Positions 20,569 through 29,674 of a stretch of 64,000 nucleotides of DNA are shown here, in pieces. A program made the position numbers and the translations under genes. Source of the stretch: Capsulimonadaceae bacterium (GTDB lineage: Bacteria > Armatimonadota > Armatimonadia > Armatimonadales > Capsulimonadaceae); assembly GCA_965215505.1 (NCBI GenBank), contig OZ244065.1, positions 4,192,001-4,256,000 on the forward strand. Reading direction: 5' to 3'. The notes under the pieces were generated by a model that was not told where the DNA came from, searched no databases, and saw only the letters and a program-made list of their open reading frames with translations. Position 1 is the first letter of the stretch; the number at the start of each line of letters is the position of its first letter.

Positions 20569-22842
20569 ATGACAAGATTGCATGACGTCTGGAAGTTCTC
20601 CCTGATGGGGATGATGAGCCTGTCCTTGGCCGGGATCGGCACGACGCCGTCGGTCGCCGCCAGGAACGCGCAGCCCGCAGTCTTCGCGGCCCCCGCGCCG
20701 GGAATGGTGGACGTCACCCACGGCCTCGGCATCCCGTTCGGCGGCATCGGCACCGGCTTCTCGGTGTTCGGCAAGTACGGGTTCGTGGACGTCTATTTCG
20801 ACGGCCGCCATCTGAACGGCAGCGACTGGAGGATTGACCGGCCGCCGACGGACAAGCCGGCGTTCGCCTTGCAGCTCACCGAAGGCGGCAAAAGCACCGT
20901 CCTCCAGGAGACGCCGGTGGACTGGCTGGCGGACGCACAGCCGGTGGATAAGGTGCAGGCCTACGCCGATCTGCCCAAAGGGCATTTCGTCTTCAAGAAG
21001 GCAGGCTCGCGGCTCGGCCTCGTGATGACCGGGTTTTCGCCCATGGTCCCCCACGATCTGACCAGCTCCACCATCCCGGTGCAAGTCTTCGACGTCACCC
21101 TGGAAAACAAGGCGGACACGACGCGCTCCTTCGTGCTGGCGCTCCTGCACCGCGACGCATTGACGGTGCGGGACGGCAAGGCCGTACTCGTCACTCCCAA
21201 TGGGGAGACGGCGTTCGGCTGTGACGGCGGCGCCGCCGACACCCACGGCGTAGGCGCGTCCCTGAAACTCGCGCCGGGAAAACGCCGCACGGTCCGCTTT
21301 TACATCGCCTGGGATTATCCCTCCGTCCGGCCCACTTCCTCGGCGATCCACCAGGCCTACCGGCGGTTTTACACCAAGCGGTTCCAGAACGCGGAGCAGG
21401 TGATAGGTCTCGCGACGAAGTCCGCCAATCAGTGGTCCGCCGCCATTGACCGCTGGCACGCCGCGTATGACGTTCCGCCCGCCTTCAAGCGGCTCTGGTT
21501 CTCGGCGCTCTGCTCCGTCAGCACCTCGACGATCCTCACCGATGATCCCTTCTTCTTTGAACAGGAAGTTCCCCACGGCTGGGACAACACCATGGACGTC
21601 AGCGTCTATCATAACTGGCTGTACATGGTCAACTGGCCCGAGATCGAGCGGATGGACATGGACCAGTATTACGAGAGCATCCCGAAGACCGGCGACAATG
21701 CCGGCTTCGTGTGGCACTCGTTGTGGGACGACAGCTCGAGCTACGCCGAGGAGCCGACCTTCATCGGGCGCGTCTACCGCGACTCCCTCTGGTTCAACGA
21801 CCCGGCCTGGACGGCCAAAGGCTTCTCGCTGGCGACCCTGGCCGCGAATCACACCTACAACGCGGACAACTACCGTTCCCTGCTGCACAACCGCGTCGGC
21901 AACCAGTCGTATGACATCTGGAAGATGCCCGGCGTCAACTCCTACGTCAGCCTGACGTGGGTCTACGGGCTGTACAGCCTCAGTCAGATGTCCCGGACCC
22001 TGCACCAGCCCAGCGTCGTTGCCGGGATGCCGGCGGCGGACCTGCTTTCGAAAGCGCGCGGCAGCCTCAACGATCTGCTCTGGAACAAGGACGGGCATTA
22101 CTGGAACACGTTCTATGTCCCGACCGACCGGCCCGAAGATGCCGACGCCCTGCGGCGCACGGACGGGCAGGACACCTTCTCCGACCAATTGTTCGGCAAA
22201 TGGCTCACCCTGATCGACCCGCAGGCTGAGAGCGTCCTGCCCGCGGACCAGGTCCATGACGCGCTGCTGACGGTCTACACGAACAACCTCGTGGACGATC
22301 CGGCCCAGTCGTTCCGGGGCTGGGCCAACGGGATGCGGCCCGGCCACCAGCCGGAGATGCAGGCCGGCTACCACTCCCGCACCTGCTGGTTCGGCCCGCA
22401 GGAAGACCTGGCGTCCCTGCTGGCGGACGCCGGCGATGAGACCAAGTCGCTGGACGTCTTCAACTCCCTGGAGTCGAGTCTGCACAACAACGACCTGTTC
22501 GTGGGCGAGTGGAACAAGTCCGTCGGCCCCGACGGCCTGAGCCGCACCCTGCCCGAAGAGCCGGCCAAGGACACCCCGCGCTTCCCGCCCTACCCGCGAT
22601 ACAAATCGGGCTGGGAGTATCTCGTGTGCATTCTGGGCCTCAAGATGGACGCGCAGAACTTCTACCTGAAGCCCTTCAAGACCATCGGCTTCGCGCTCCA
22701 TGACGTGGAACTGGCGGGGACGCGCTTCAACGTCACCGTCCGCCCCGGCTGGACCAAAGTGCGGGTGAACGGCAAGCGGCAGACCGGCCCGATCGCGGTC
22801 CCCCGGACCCTGAGCACGGTGAAGATTGAGTTGACGAAATGA
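20569..22842 (+). CDS. Secreted GH116-like glycosidase
   Basis: GH116 N-terminal GIPFGGIGTG; EQE...NTMDV and NQSYDIWKMPG resemble the GH116 nucleophile and acid/base regions; DQLFGKW. Confidence 0.7.
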   Translation: MTRLHDVWKFSLMGMMSLSLAGIGTTPSVAARNAQPAVFAAPAPGMVDVTHGLGIPFGGIGTGFSVFGKYGFVDVYFDGRHLNGSDWRIDRPPTDKPAFALQLTEGGKSTVLQETPVDWLADAQPVDKVQAYADLPKGHFVFKKAGSRLGLVMTGFSPMVPHDLTSSTIPVQVFDVTLENKADTTRSFVLALLHRDALTVRDGKAVLVTPNGETAFGCDGGAADTHGVGASLKLAPGKRRTVRFYIAWDYPSVRPTSSAIHQAYRRFYTKRFQNAEQVIGLATKSANQWSAAIDRWHAAYDVPPAFKRLWFSALCSVSTSTILTDDPFFFEQEVPHGWDNTMDVSVYHNWLYMVNWPEIERMDMDQYYESIPKTGDNAGFVWHSLWDDSSSYAEEPTFIGRVYRDSLWFNDPAWTAKGFSLATLAANHTYNADNYRSLLHNRVGNQSYDIWKMPGVNSYVSLTWVYGLYSLSQMSRTLHQPSVVAGMPAADLLSKARGSLNDLLWNKDGHYWNTFYVPTDRPEDADALRRTDGQDTFSDQLFGKWLTLIDPQAESVLPADQVHDALLTVYTNNLVDDPAQSFRGWANGMRPGHQPEMQAGYHSRTCWFGPQEDLASLLADAGDETKSLDVFNSLESSLHNNDLFVGEWNKSVGPDGLSRTLPEEPAKDTPRFPPYPRYKSGWEYLVCILGLKMDAQNFYLKPFKTIGFALHDVELAGTRFNVTVRPGWTKVRVNGKRQTGPIAVPRTLSTVKIELTK

Positions 22843-23001
22843 TCCATTAGCGCATCATCCGCAGAGTCTCGCTTCTGCTTGCGGTCGTTCGTGTAGGCAT
22901 TGGTGAAAGGGGCGCCAGCAGGGGAACAGCCGCTCTCCCAAAGGCCTGGAATTCGTTCCGGCGGCGCCAGTGCATAAATCAATGCCTCACAGTAAGCCTC
23001 G

Positions 23002-23033
23002 TGGTAAACAACTTTGAAAAATGGTAAACAACT
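23002..23033. promoter_or_regulatory. Tandem 12-bp direct repeat TGGTAAACAACT (candidate GntR/FadR-type operators)
   Basis: Exact copies at 23002-23013 and 23022-23033, directly before the sugar porter ATG. Confidence 0.45.
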
Positions 23034-24461
23034 ATGGAAATCGTCAATAGCCCGGCCAGCGACCCCGCGCCGGGCCCGCACCCCGCTGGACGGAACGAGC
23101 ATCAGACCGAACGGATGACGGGCCGCCTCTTCTTCTGGGCCCTGACCTCCGCCCTGGCTGGCTTCCTGTTTGGCTTCGACACCGTGGTCATCTCGGGCGC
23201 CGAGCGGACGATCCAGGCCCTGTGGAGGCTGTCCCCCACCGTCCATGGGTTCGCCATGGCCTCGGCCCTGTACGGCACCGTGCTGGGGGCGCTGATCGGC
23301 GGCTGGCCGAGCGACCGCTTCGGGCGGAAGCCGACGCTGCTGTGCATTGGTGCCCTGTACTTGGTTTCCGCCGTCTGGTCGGCCCTCGCGCCGGACGTGA
23401 CGTCGTTCGTCATCGCGCGGCTCCTGGGTGGGCTGGGCATCGGCATCTCCACCGTGGTCGCGCCGCCGTACATTGCCGAGATCTCGCCGCCCAAGTTCCG
23501 GGGGCGGTTGACCGGCATGTTCCAGTTCAACATCGTGTTCGGAATCATCGTCGCGTACGCCTCCAACGCGCTGCTGGCCGGGACCGGCGAGTCAGCCTGG
23601 CGCTGGATGCTCGGCGTGGCGGCATTCCCCTCCCTGCTGTACACCGTCTTCTGCCTCGGCCTGCCCGAAAGCCCACGCTGGCTCCTGACGCGCAAGGGAG
23701 ACCGGGCGGCGGGCTTGGCCGTCCTGCGAAAGATCCAGCCCGCGGCGACCGACGCGGAGATCGCCCAAGAGGCGGACCGCATCACGGCGGCCTCGCCCAT
23801 GTCAGTGCCTTCGACAGGGCAGCCTTCCGGCGGTTTCTGGAGCGAGCGCCTGCGCCGCCCCATCCTGCTCGCCTTCCTGATCGCGTTCTTCAATCAGATG
23901 TCGGGGATCAACGCGATCCTGTACTTCGCGCCCCGCATCTTCGAGCTGACCGGCCTGGGCGAAAAGGCCGCGCTGCTCCAGTCCGTCGGCATCGGCGTCA
24001 CAAACCTGGTCTTCACGTTCGTGGGTTTGTGGCTCATTGACCGCCTGGGCCGGCGGACATTGCTGTTCATCGGCTCGTTCGGCTACATCCTCTCACTAGG
24101 CGCGGTCGCGGGGGCGTTCTTCACGCACCACGTGGCAATCGTCCCTGTCTGCGTCTTCGCGTTCATCGCCGCGCACGCGGTTGGCCAGGGCGCGGTGATC
24201 TGGGTGTACATTTCGGAGATCTTCCCGAACCGGTACCGTGCGCAGGGCCAGACGCTGGGCAGCTCGACGCACTGGATCTTTGCGGCCCTGCTCACGACCT
24301 TCTTCCCGAGGATGGTCACGGCGTTCCCGCCAGGCGACGTGTTCCTGTTCTTCTGCGGCATGATGGTGCTCCAGCTCCTCTGGGTCAAGACGATGGTGGT
24401 CGAGACCAAGGGCGTCCCGCTGGAGCAGGTGCAGGAGCGGCTGGGCATTGCCTCGGCTTGA
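23034..24461 (+). CDS. Sugar porter (MFS) transporter
   Basis: GFLFGFDT, SDRFGRK, PESPRWL, FNQMSGINAILYFAP, DRLGRR, SEIFP and ETKG. Confidence 0.95.
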   Translation: MEIVNSPASDPAPGPHPAGRNEHQTERMTGRLFFWALTSALAGFLFGFDTVVISGAERTIQALWRLSPTVHGFAMASALYGTVLGALIGGWPSDRFGRKPTLLCIGALYLVSAVWSALAPDVTSFVIARLLGGLGIGISTVVAPPYIAEISPPKFRGRLTGMFQFNIVFGIIVAYASNALLAGTGESAWRWMLGVAAFPSLLYTVFCLGLPESPRWLLTRKGDRAAGLAVLRKIQPAATDAEIAQEADRITAASPMSVPSTGQPSGGFWSERLRRPILLAFLIAFFNQMSGINAILYFAPRIFELTGLGEKAALLQSVGIGVTNLVFTFVGLWLIDRLGRRTLLFIGSFGYILSLGAVAGAFFTHHVAIVPVCVFAFIAAHAVGQGAVIWVYISEIFPNRYRAQGQTLGSSTHWIFAALLTTFFPRMVTAFPPGDVFLFFCGMMVLQLLWVKTMVVETKGVPLEQVQERLGIASA

Positions 24462-24664
24462 GCCTGTGGAACATTGCCGATCTCATTGGGCTCCCGGCCG
24501 AGACCGTTTTATTCGGCCTTGCCGATCTTGAACATCTTGGTGTCCAGCCAGGGCACAAACACGGTGTTCGGCGGGGTGCGTAGGCCGGGGAGCAGTTCCC
24601 AAAACGCGGCCTCTGCCTGCCGCTCTTCGGCGACGACCTTCTCGATGTGCCGCCTGACCGCCCG

Positions 24665-24745
24665 CTCCGCAGACAACAGGACCTCCGCAGACAACAGGAC
24701 CTCCGCAGACAACAGGACCTCCGCAGACAACAGGACCTCCGCAGA
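24665..24745. repeat. 18-bp tandem repeat CTCCGCAGACAACAGGAC x4.5
   Basis: Four exact units plus a 9-bp partial unit. Confidence 0.95.
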
Positions 24746-24853
24746 TGATTTGGTGGGGCCGGCGGTTACTGCCTGGTGTCCACCAAGTTGCTCTTCTTCA
24801 GTCGGCTCTTTATCATGCGGCGCCTTCTGGCCCTGACGGTGAGGCTGAGGCAG

Positions 24854-24901
24854 AGTCTCAGGCCGCAGCAAAGTCTCAGGCCGCAGCAAAGTCTCAGGCC
24901 G
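24854..24901. repeat. 18-bp tandem repeat AGTCTCAGGCCGCAGCAA x2.7
   Basis: Two exact units plus a 12-bp partial unit. Confidence 0.9.
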
Positions 24902-25457
24902 GCTCAGAGTGTTTCGGCTCAGACTGCTGAAGCCGCTCCTTGCTCTCCCGCGCAAAGTCGTGCAGGTGCTTCAGGCGCTTTGCTTCCGACAGGTCCTGCC
25001 CTGACAACTTCTTTTCTGACGAGCGACCATCTCCCATGGCCGCCGGCTTGCCTATGACGCCCCCCGCCCCCCGCTGCCAGACCTGAACGCGCACTTCCCC
25101 GCCGAGCCGGATGCCGCACATCAGCTCCATCCGGCCCTGATCGATCTTGACCTGACTAAGCGGGTCCTGCCGCAAGAGGTCGGCGAGTTTGAAGCCGTTA
25201 TCCTGATCGGTGCCGATCATCCCCTCGGGGAACAAGAGGTTGGTGAGTCCGGGCGGGAGTTAAATCCCTTCAGCCGTGCGGTCGCCTCCCCCGGCCGTGC
25301 GGCCGTCGCTGTCAGCCGTCGGCACGTCCCCCTCCAGTATCACCGCGCCCCCTTTCGCTGTCGGGGTATCACATACCGGGGCGTCATTGCTTGGAGCGTC
25401 ATTGCCCGTCCCAGGCGGTGCGCCCGGATCAGCAAGCCATTCGGCCTCGTTCTTCAT
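24894..25457 (-). pseudogene. Hypothetical protein interrupted by an in-frame TAA (25262-25260)
   Basis: ORFs 25260-25457 and 24894-25235 share a frame: ...TAEGI*LPPGLTNLLFPEGMIG... Confidence 0.4.
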
Positions 25458-25948
25458 AAAATTTGGAGCTTTCCTGCCGTCTTTTCCGGCTTATTCCGGT
25501 CGTCCTTGTTTTCACAGTTTGTTTTGCCTGCGTGTCCCCCGGACAGGCCTCGCCGGATGAGTGGGGTATGAACACGCGCCGCAAACGAGGCTTGGCCGAA
25601 GGGCCATTTCCCACCCCAAAGGCATTTCTCCCTTCAGGCTCTCAGTCTTCGAAGGCTCAGTCCGCAGAGAATCAACCTTCAGACCAATCAGTTCCGGTGC
25701 CAAAGATGGCGGGGGGGGGCACCCCCGGTCAACCCTTCCTGGCTGGCATTCTGGACCAAAGTGCGTCGCATGGCCCAGGATCTGGACACCCTGGAAGCGG
25801 ACAGCCTAGAAGCGGGCACGCTGAAGGCGGAGGCACTGCTACCGGAAGACCCCTTCATGATGGGGGACAGCCTCAAGGCCGTTAAGAAACCTCAATAGCC
25901 TTGAGAAGCCTCACGACCGTTGACCTGAACACTGTTCTTGTTGGACCC

Positions 25949-25996
25949 ATGAGGCTTTCGCCGATGGAGCTTATGAGGCTTTCGCCGGTGGAGCTT
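25949..25996. repeat. 24-bp tandem duplication ATGAGGCTTTCGCCG(A/G)TGGAGCTT x2
   Basis: Two adjacent copies with one mismatch. Confidence 0.85.
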
Positions 25997-26038
25997 CGGT
26001 TTATAGGGCGACGTTTATCCGGCGACCAAGTCCACAAG

Positions 26039-26117
26039 CATAGAGGCCCCAAACATAGAGGCCCCCAAACATAGAGGCCCCCAAATATAGAGGCATCCAA
26101 ACATAGAGGCATCCCAA
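26039..26117. repeat. 15-16-bp tandem repeat CATAGAGGC(CC/AT)CCAAA x5
   Basis: Five adjacent imperfect units sharing the ATAGAGGC core. Confidence 0.9.
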
Positions 26118-26175
26118 GCTTTCGAGAGGGTGAGCATCCCGGCCTTCAGGATGGTTGGAAACGGCGTTCCGGCCT

Positions 26176-26700
26176 TCAGGCCTCGGTGTCTTGCTCGGCC
26201 TCGGTGTTTCGCTCGGAATCGGAAGAGCCTCCCGCACGGCGCAGGCTCTCTGCGCGGGCAGATCGCTCGCGGCCGCGCAAGACCTCGCGGATGTCGTCCT
26301 CACCGAAGTCGAAGCGCCAGCCGCTTGCGTCGGCCAGGTAGCTGAAGCGGTGGTGCCGCTCATCGTCACGGAATAGTACAACGCCGGTATTCGGCACCTC
26401 CACCGCGATAACGTAGCCCTGCGGCGTCTCGACTTCCATGCTCTGGTGGCCGCCGGCCAGCGACACGTCATAGAAGGTGCCGGCCCGCCGCCGCCGCTCG
26501 CTTTCCAGGAGCGTGCGTACGAGCGCGCTTGCCCCCTCGGGCTGCGAGAGCGCCCAGTGCCACAGATCGTCCGGCATGGACACGGGGTGCTGCCCCAGAG
26601 GGACCGGATGAGAGGGTCGCCCCCGCCGCTTTGCTTTTTCTGGCTGCTCGGCCTCAGTCGTCTTCTCACCAGGCTTACCAGGCGCGTCAGTGTCTGACAT
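26176..26700 (-). CDS. Hypothetical protein with AT-hook-like KRRGRP and a ribbon-helix-helix-like N-terminal region
   Basis: GGGAGG RBS upstream. VSMPDDLWHWALSQPEGASALVRTLLE fits the RHH pattern. Confidence 0.55.
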   Translation of the reverse strand: MSDTDAPGKPGEKTTEAEQPEKAKRRGRPSHPVPLGQHPVSMPDDLWHWALSQPEGASALVRTLLESERRRRAGTFYDVSLAGGHQSMEVETPQGYVIAVEVPNTGVVLFRDDERHHRFSYLADASGWRFDFGEDDIREVLRGRERSARAESLRRAGGSSDSERNTEAEQDTEA

Positions 26701-27160
26701 TCGTTACCTCCCGCCGCTTCGTCCGCGTTTGGTACTTACGGTCACGCTCGTACTTACGATCAAATTTGCTCAACTCTACTGTTTCCGACCGGCTCGCTCT
26801 GTCCGCCGCCATCCATGGTTTCAGCAAACGCTTTTTCATTTTGCCTGCTCTATTTTGCCTGCTTACTCCAGCTTCCTTAGTCTAGCTTGTCTGGCAGCAA
26901 CCAGTTAAAATCCCCAGGACCCTTAGACAGACTATTCTAGCATATAAAGATATAATTAATAGTTTTTATAGTATAATTTAATCGTCCGCGAGAACATGAC
27001 ATCCGTGCTGCCGAGGTGCTGCATGGAAGAGGCGGTCGGTTGGAGGTGCTGGACAGCAAGGACATGAGGATGTAGGGACTCAAGGGAGGGCGCGTCCATG
27101 GCAATCCCCTTCCACTTGCTTCCCTTCCACTTGCTTCCCTTCAGCCCGCCGGAATGTTTT

Positions 27161-27204
27161 CGGCATGAGAGCGTTCGGCATGAGAGCGTTCGGCATGAGA
27201 GCGT
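27161..27204. repeat. 15-bp tandem repeat CGGCATGAGAGCGTT x3
   Basis: Read directly. A second 15-bp repeat (CCCTTCCACTTGCTT) lies just upstream at about 27107-27142. Confidence 0.9.
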
Positions 27205-27345
27205 CATGTAGAAGCGGTCAGACTAGCCGCAGCCCGAGGTCAGCCGCAGTTATAGACCAGGGGATCATGGGCCAAGGGAGCATGGACCGAGGGAACCGTA
27301 TTCAGGCAGGGGCGCGACCGCCGCAGCAACGCGCAGGAGAAACAG

Positions 27346-28983
27346 ATGAAAGTCGAACCCATGAAGATCAAAGGCGCGATCCTCTACACCCGTGTGAGTA
27401 CCGGCGACCAAGACAAGAACGGGACGAGCCCGGAGACTCAGCTCGCCTCTTGCCGGGACAAGGCCCTGACCCTGAGCCTGCCCATTATCGCTGAGTATCA
27501 CGACGGCGGCATCAGTGGGGGCTACCTGCTGACGCGCCCCGGGATGCAGACCGCCCTCGCCGACATCCTGGCGGGGCGGGCCGACACGCTCATCTGTGCC
27601 AACATCAGCCGCTACAGCCGCGACGTGGAACACCAGCAGGCCATCAAGAAGGCCGTCCGTGCCGCCGGAGGCCGCATCGTCTTCTGCGACATGGACTTCG
27701 ACGACACGCCCGAAGGGAACCTGGCCCTCGGCATCATGGGCGGCTTCGCGCAGTACGAGAGGGCCGTCATCAAGGACCGGACCATGAAGGGCAAGCGCAA
27801 GCGGGCGGAGGAGGGGCAGCAGCCCCAGCACAGCACCCCGGCCTACGGCTACCACATCGTCACCAACGCCCAGGTGGAATGCGGCCTCTACCCGCCCGAG
27901 ATGCGGGGGCGTTACGTCGTCATTGAAGAGGAGGCCGCGGTCGTGCGGGAGCTGTTCGCCGCCTACGCCGCCGGGGGCGTCGGATGCGCGCCGCTCGCCC
28001 AGCGGCTGAACGCCCGGCGCGTCCCCGCCTCACGGGGCGGCCTCCGGCACCCCGTCTGCGTGTCCATCATCCTCCGGAACCCCGTCTACAAAGGACAGCC
28101 CGCCTACGGGCGCGTCGCCCGCGCCCTCGGCGAGCCGGGGCCGGACGACCGCAACCAGCTGACCGGGCGGCCCCTGCTGCGCCCCCGCGCCGTCGAAACG
28201 CCGGGCAAGCAGCCCGTCGCCCTGTCGGCTCCCCCGCTCGTTTCGGCGGAGCTGTGGGAAGCGGCGCAGGCCCGGCTCGCCGAAAACCGGGGGCGGCTCG
28301 TCGGCAGCCTCAAACAGGCACGGATGCTCACCGGCCGGGTGGAATGCCCCTGCGGCCACCGCGCCGCCATCGTCGGCGGCCGGGGCAAGAAAGCCTACCA
28401 ATGCTTCGCCGAACAGCAGAGCCGGTTCTTGCGCGGGACCTCGGCTTGCAGCGCCGCCACCTATTCCCTGCCCCGGACGGAGCAGAGCGTCATCCGCTCC
28501 CTCCAGAACGCCGCCGAACATCCCGAAGCCATCGCCGCCGCCGTGCAGGCCTATCAGTAGCCGGAAGCCGGCACGCAAAACAACGCGGACGCCGCCGACC
28601 TGCGCCGGGAACTCGCCGCCATGGACGCCGCCGCCGCCCAGATCAAGCAGGAAGAGGCCGCCGCCGTGCAGGCGCAGATCTCCGGGATTTAGGCCGGAGC
28701 CAGCCCGGACGCTTACGCCGCCGTGTTCGCCGGCCTCGCCGCCCGCCGCAAAGGCCTGGAAGACCGGCGCAGGACTGTCGCGCGGAGCCTGGGAACCCAA
28801 AGCCAGAAAAAAGGCGGGCTGACGATATCAGCCCGCCGGGACGATGCCGGACTGGCCCAACAGGCCCTCCGGGACATGGCCCGCGTCCTCTCGTCCGACG
28901 CCGTGCCCGGACGGGAGAAGCGCGACCTCGTCGGCCGCATCATCGCCCGGGTCGTGTGCCGGCCGGACGGGGCCGACGTCTAA
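27346..28983 (+). pseudogene. Large serine recombinase (resolvase, recombinase, Zn-ribbon and coiled-coil domains) with in-frame stops
   Basis: YTRVST catalytic Ser, SRYSR, AYGY, ILRNPVYKG, PPLVSAELWE.AQ and LTGRVECPCG. The coiled-coil continues in frame past TAG 28558-28560 and TAG 28690-28692 to EKRDLVGRIIARVV. Confidence 0.85.
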
Positions 28984-29429
28984 TACCTGCCGGATGCCTT
29001 CCCCGCCGCGTCGCCATTTGCTAACTCGATGCTCACCGAGTTGATGCAGTAGCGCTGCCCCGTCGGCACCGGGCCGTCGTCGAAGACGTGGCCCAAATGG
29101 CTGCCGCAGCGGGCGCAGGTGACTTCAACGCGGCGCATCCCGAAGGAGTGGTCCTCGTGCATGTCCACCGTGCCGGGCTTGGCGTCGTAGAAGCTCGGCC
29201 AGCCGCAGTGCGAGTCGAACTTGGTGCCCGACTCGAACAGCTCCTGCCCGCAGGCCGCGCAGACATAGGTCCCGCCGTCCTTCGTGTCCACATACTTGCC
29301 CGTGAAGGGCCGCTCCGTCCCCTTCTCGCGCAGGACATGGTACTGGGCGGGCGTGAGCTGCTCCCGCCACTCCTGCTCCGTCTTGACGATCTTTTCCACT
29401 GTGTTTCCCGTCGTGCCTGTCTCGCTCAT
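28980..29429 (-). CDS. msrB: Peptide-methionine (R)-S-oxide reductase
   Basis: GTERPFTG, Cxx[16 protein letters not shown] and RYCINS. Confidence 0.97.
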   Translation of the reverse strand: MSETGTTGNTVEKIVKTEQEWREQLTPAQYHVLREKGTERPFTGKYVDTKDGGTYVCAACGQELFESGTKFDSHCGWPSFYDAKPGTVDMHEDHSFGMRRVEVTCARCGSHLGHVFDDGPVPTGQRYCINSVSIELANGDAAGKASGRY

Positions 29430-29611
29430 CGGTGTCTCCCTTTCCACGGTGTTCGTTACCTGTTTAAACACAAACGGGAGTGGCCGCGTTCCACTCCGGG
29501 CGGCCTACTTCGCCGGGAGGGCGCGGCCGGAGAAGAGGGCGTGATGAATCGCGACCCTACAGTTTGACTCCCCCCAAATTGGGGGCCGGGAGCGATCTTC
29601 CTCCCCGCGCC

Positions 29612-29640
29612 TTGACAGCCCCTGCCCTCTTCTGTATACT
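29612..29640 (+). promoter_or_regulatory. Sigma70-type promoter
   Basis: TTGACA, 17-bp spacer, TATACT, located 34 nt upstream of ATG 29675. Confidence 0.7.
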
Positions 29641-29674
29641 GTGGGAAACATTCGGCGACAAGGAACTACTCATC

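Larger units (their letters stand above)
24474..28983. mobile_element. Decayed integrative-element remnant (boundaries approximate; no att sites found)
   Basis: Large serine recombinase with internal stops, an RHH-like gene, broken ORFs and many short tandem repeats, lying between the sugar locus and msrB. Confidence 0.45.

Noticed and set aside
24462-24510. att site matching the msrB 3' end
   Set aside because: No direct repeat shared with 28970-29060 was found by eye.
25711-25719. G9 homopolymer as a phase-variation tract
   Set aside because: Not inside any supported gene or promoter.
24665-27204. Short repeat arrays as a CRISPR array
   Set aside because: Units are contiguous with no unique spacers, are only 15-24 bp, and no cas genes are present.
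28558-28692. TAG recoding (pyrrolysine or alternative genetic code)
   Set aside because: TAG is the normal stop for GH92, msrB and the amidohydrolase. Similar interruptions nearby are TAA, and no pyl genes are seen.
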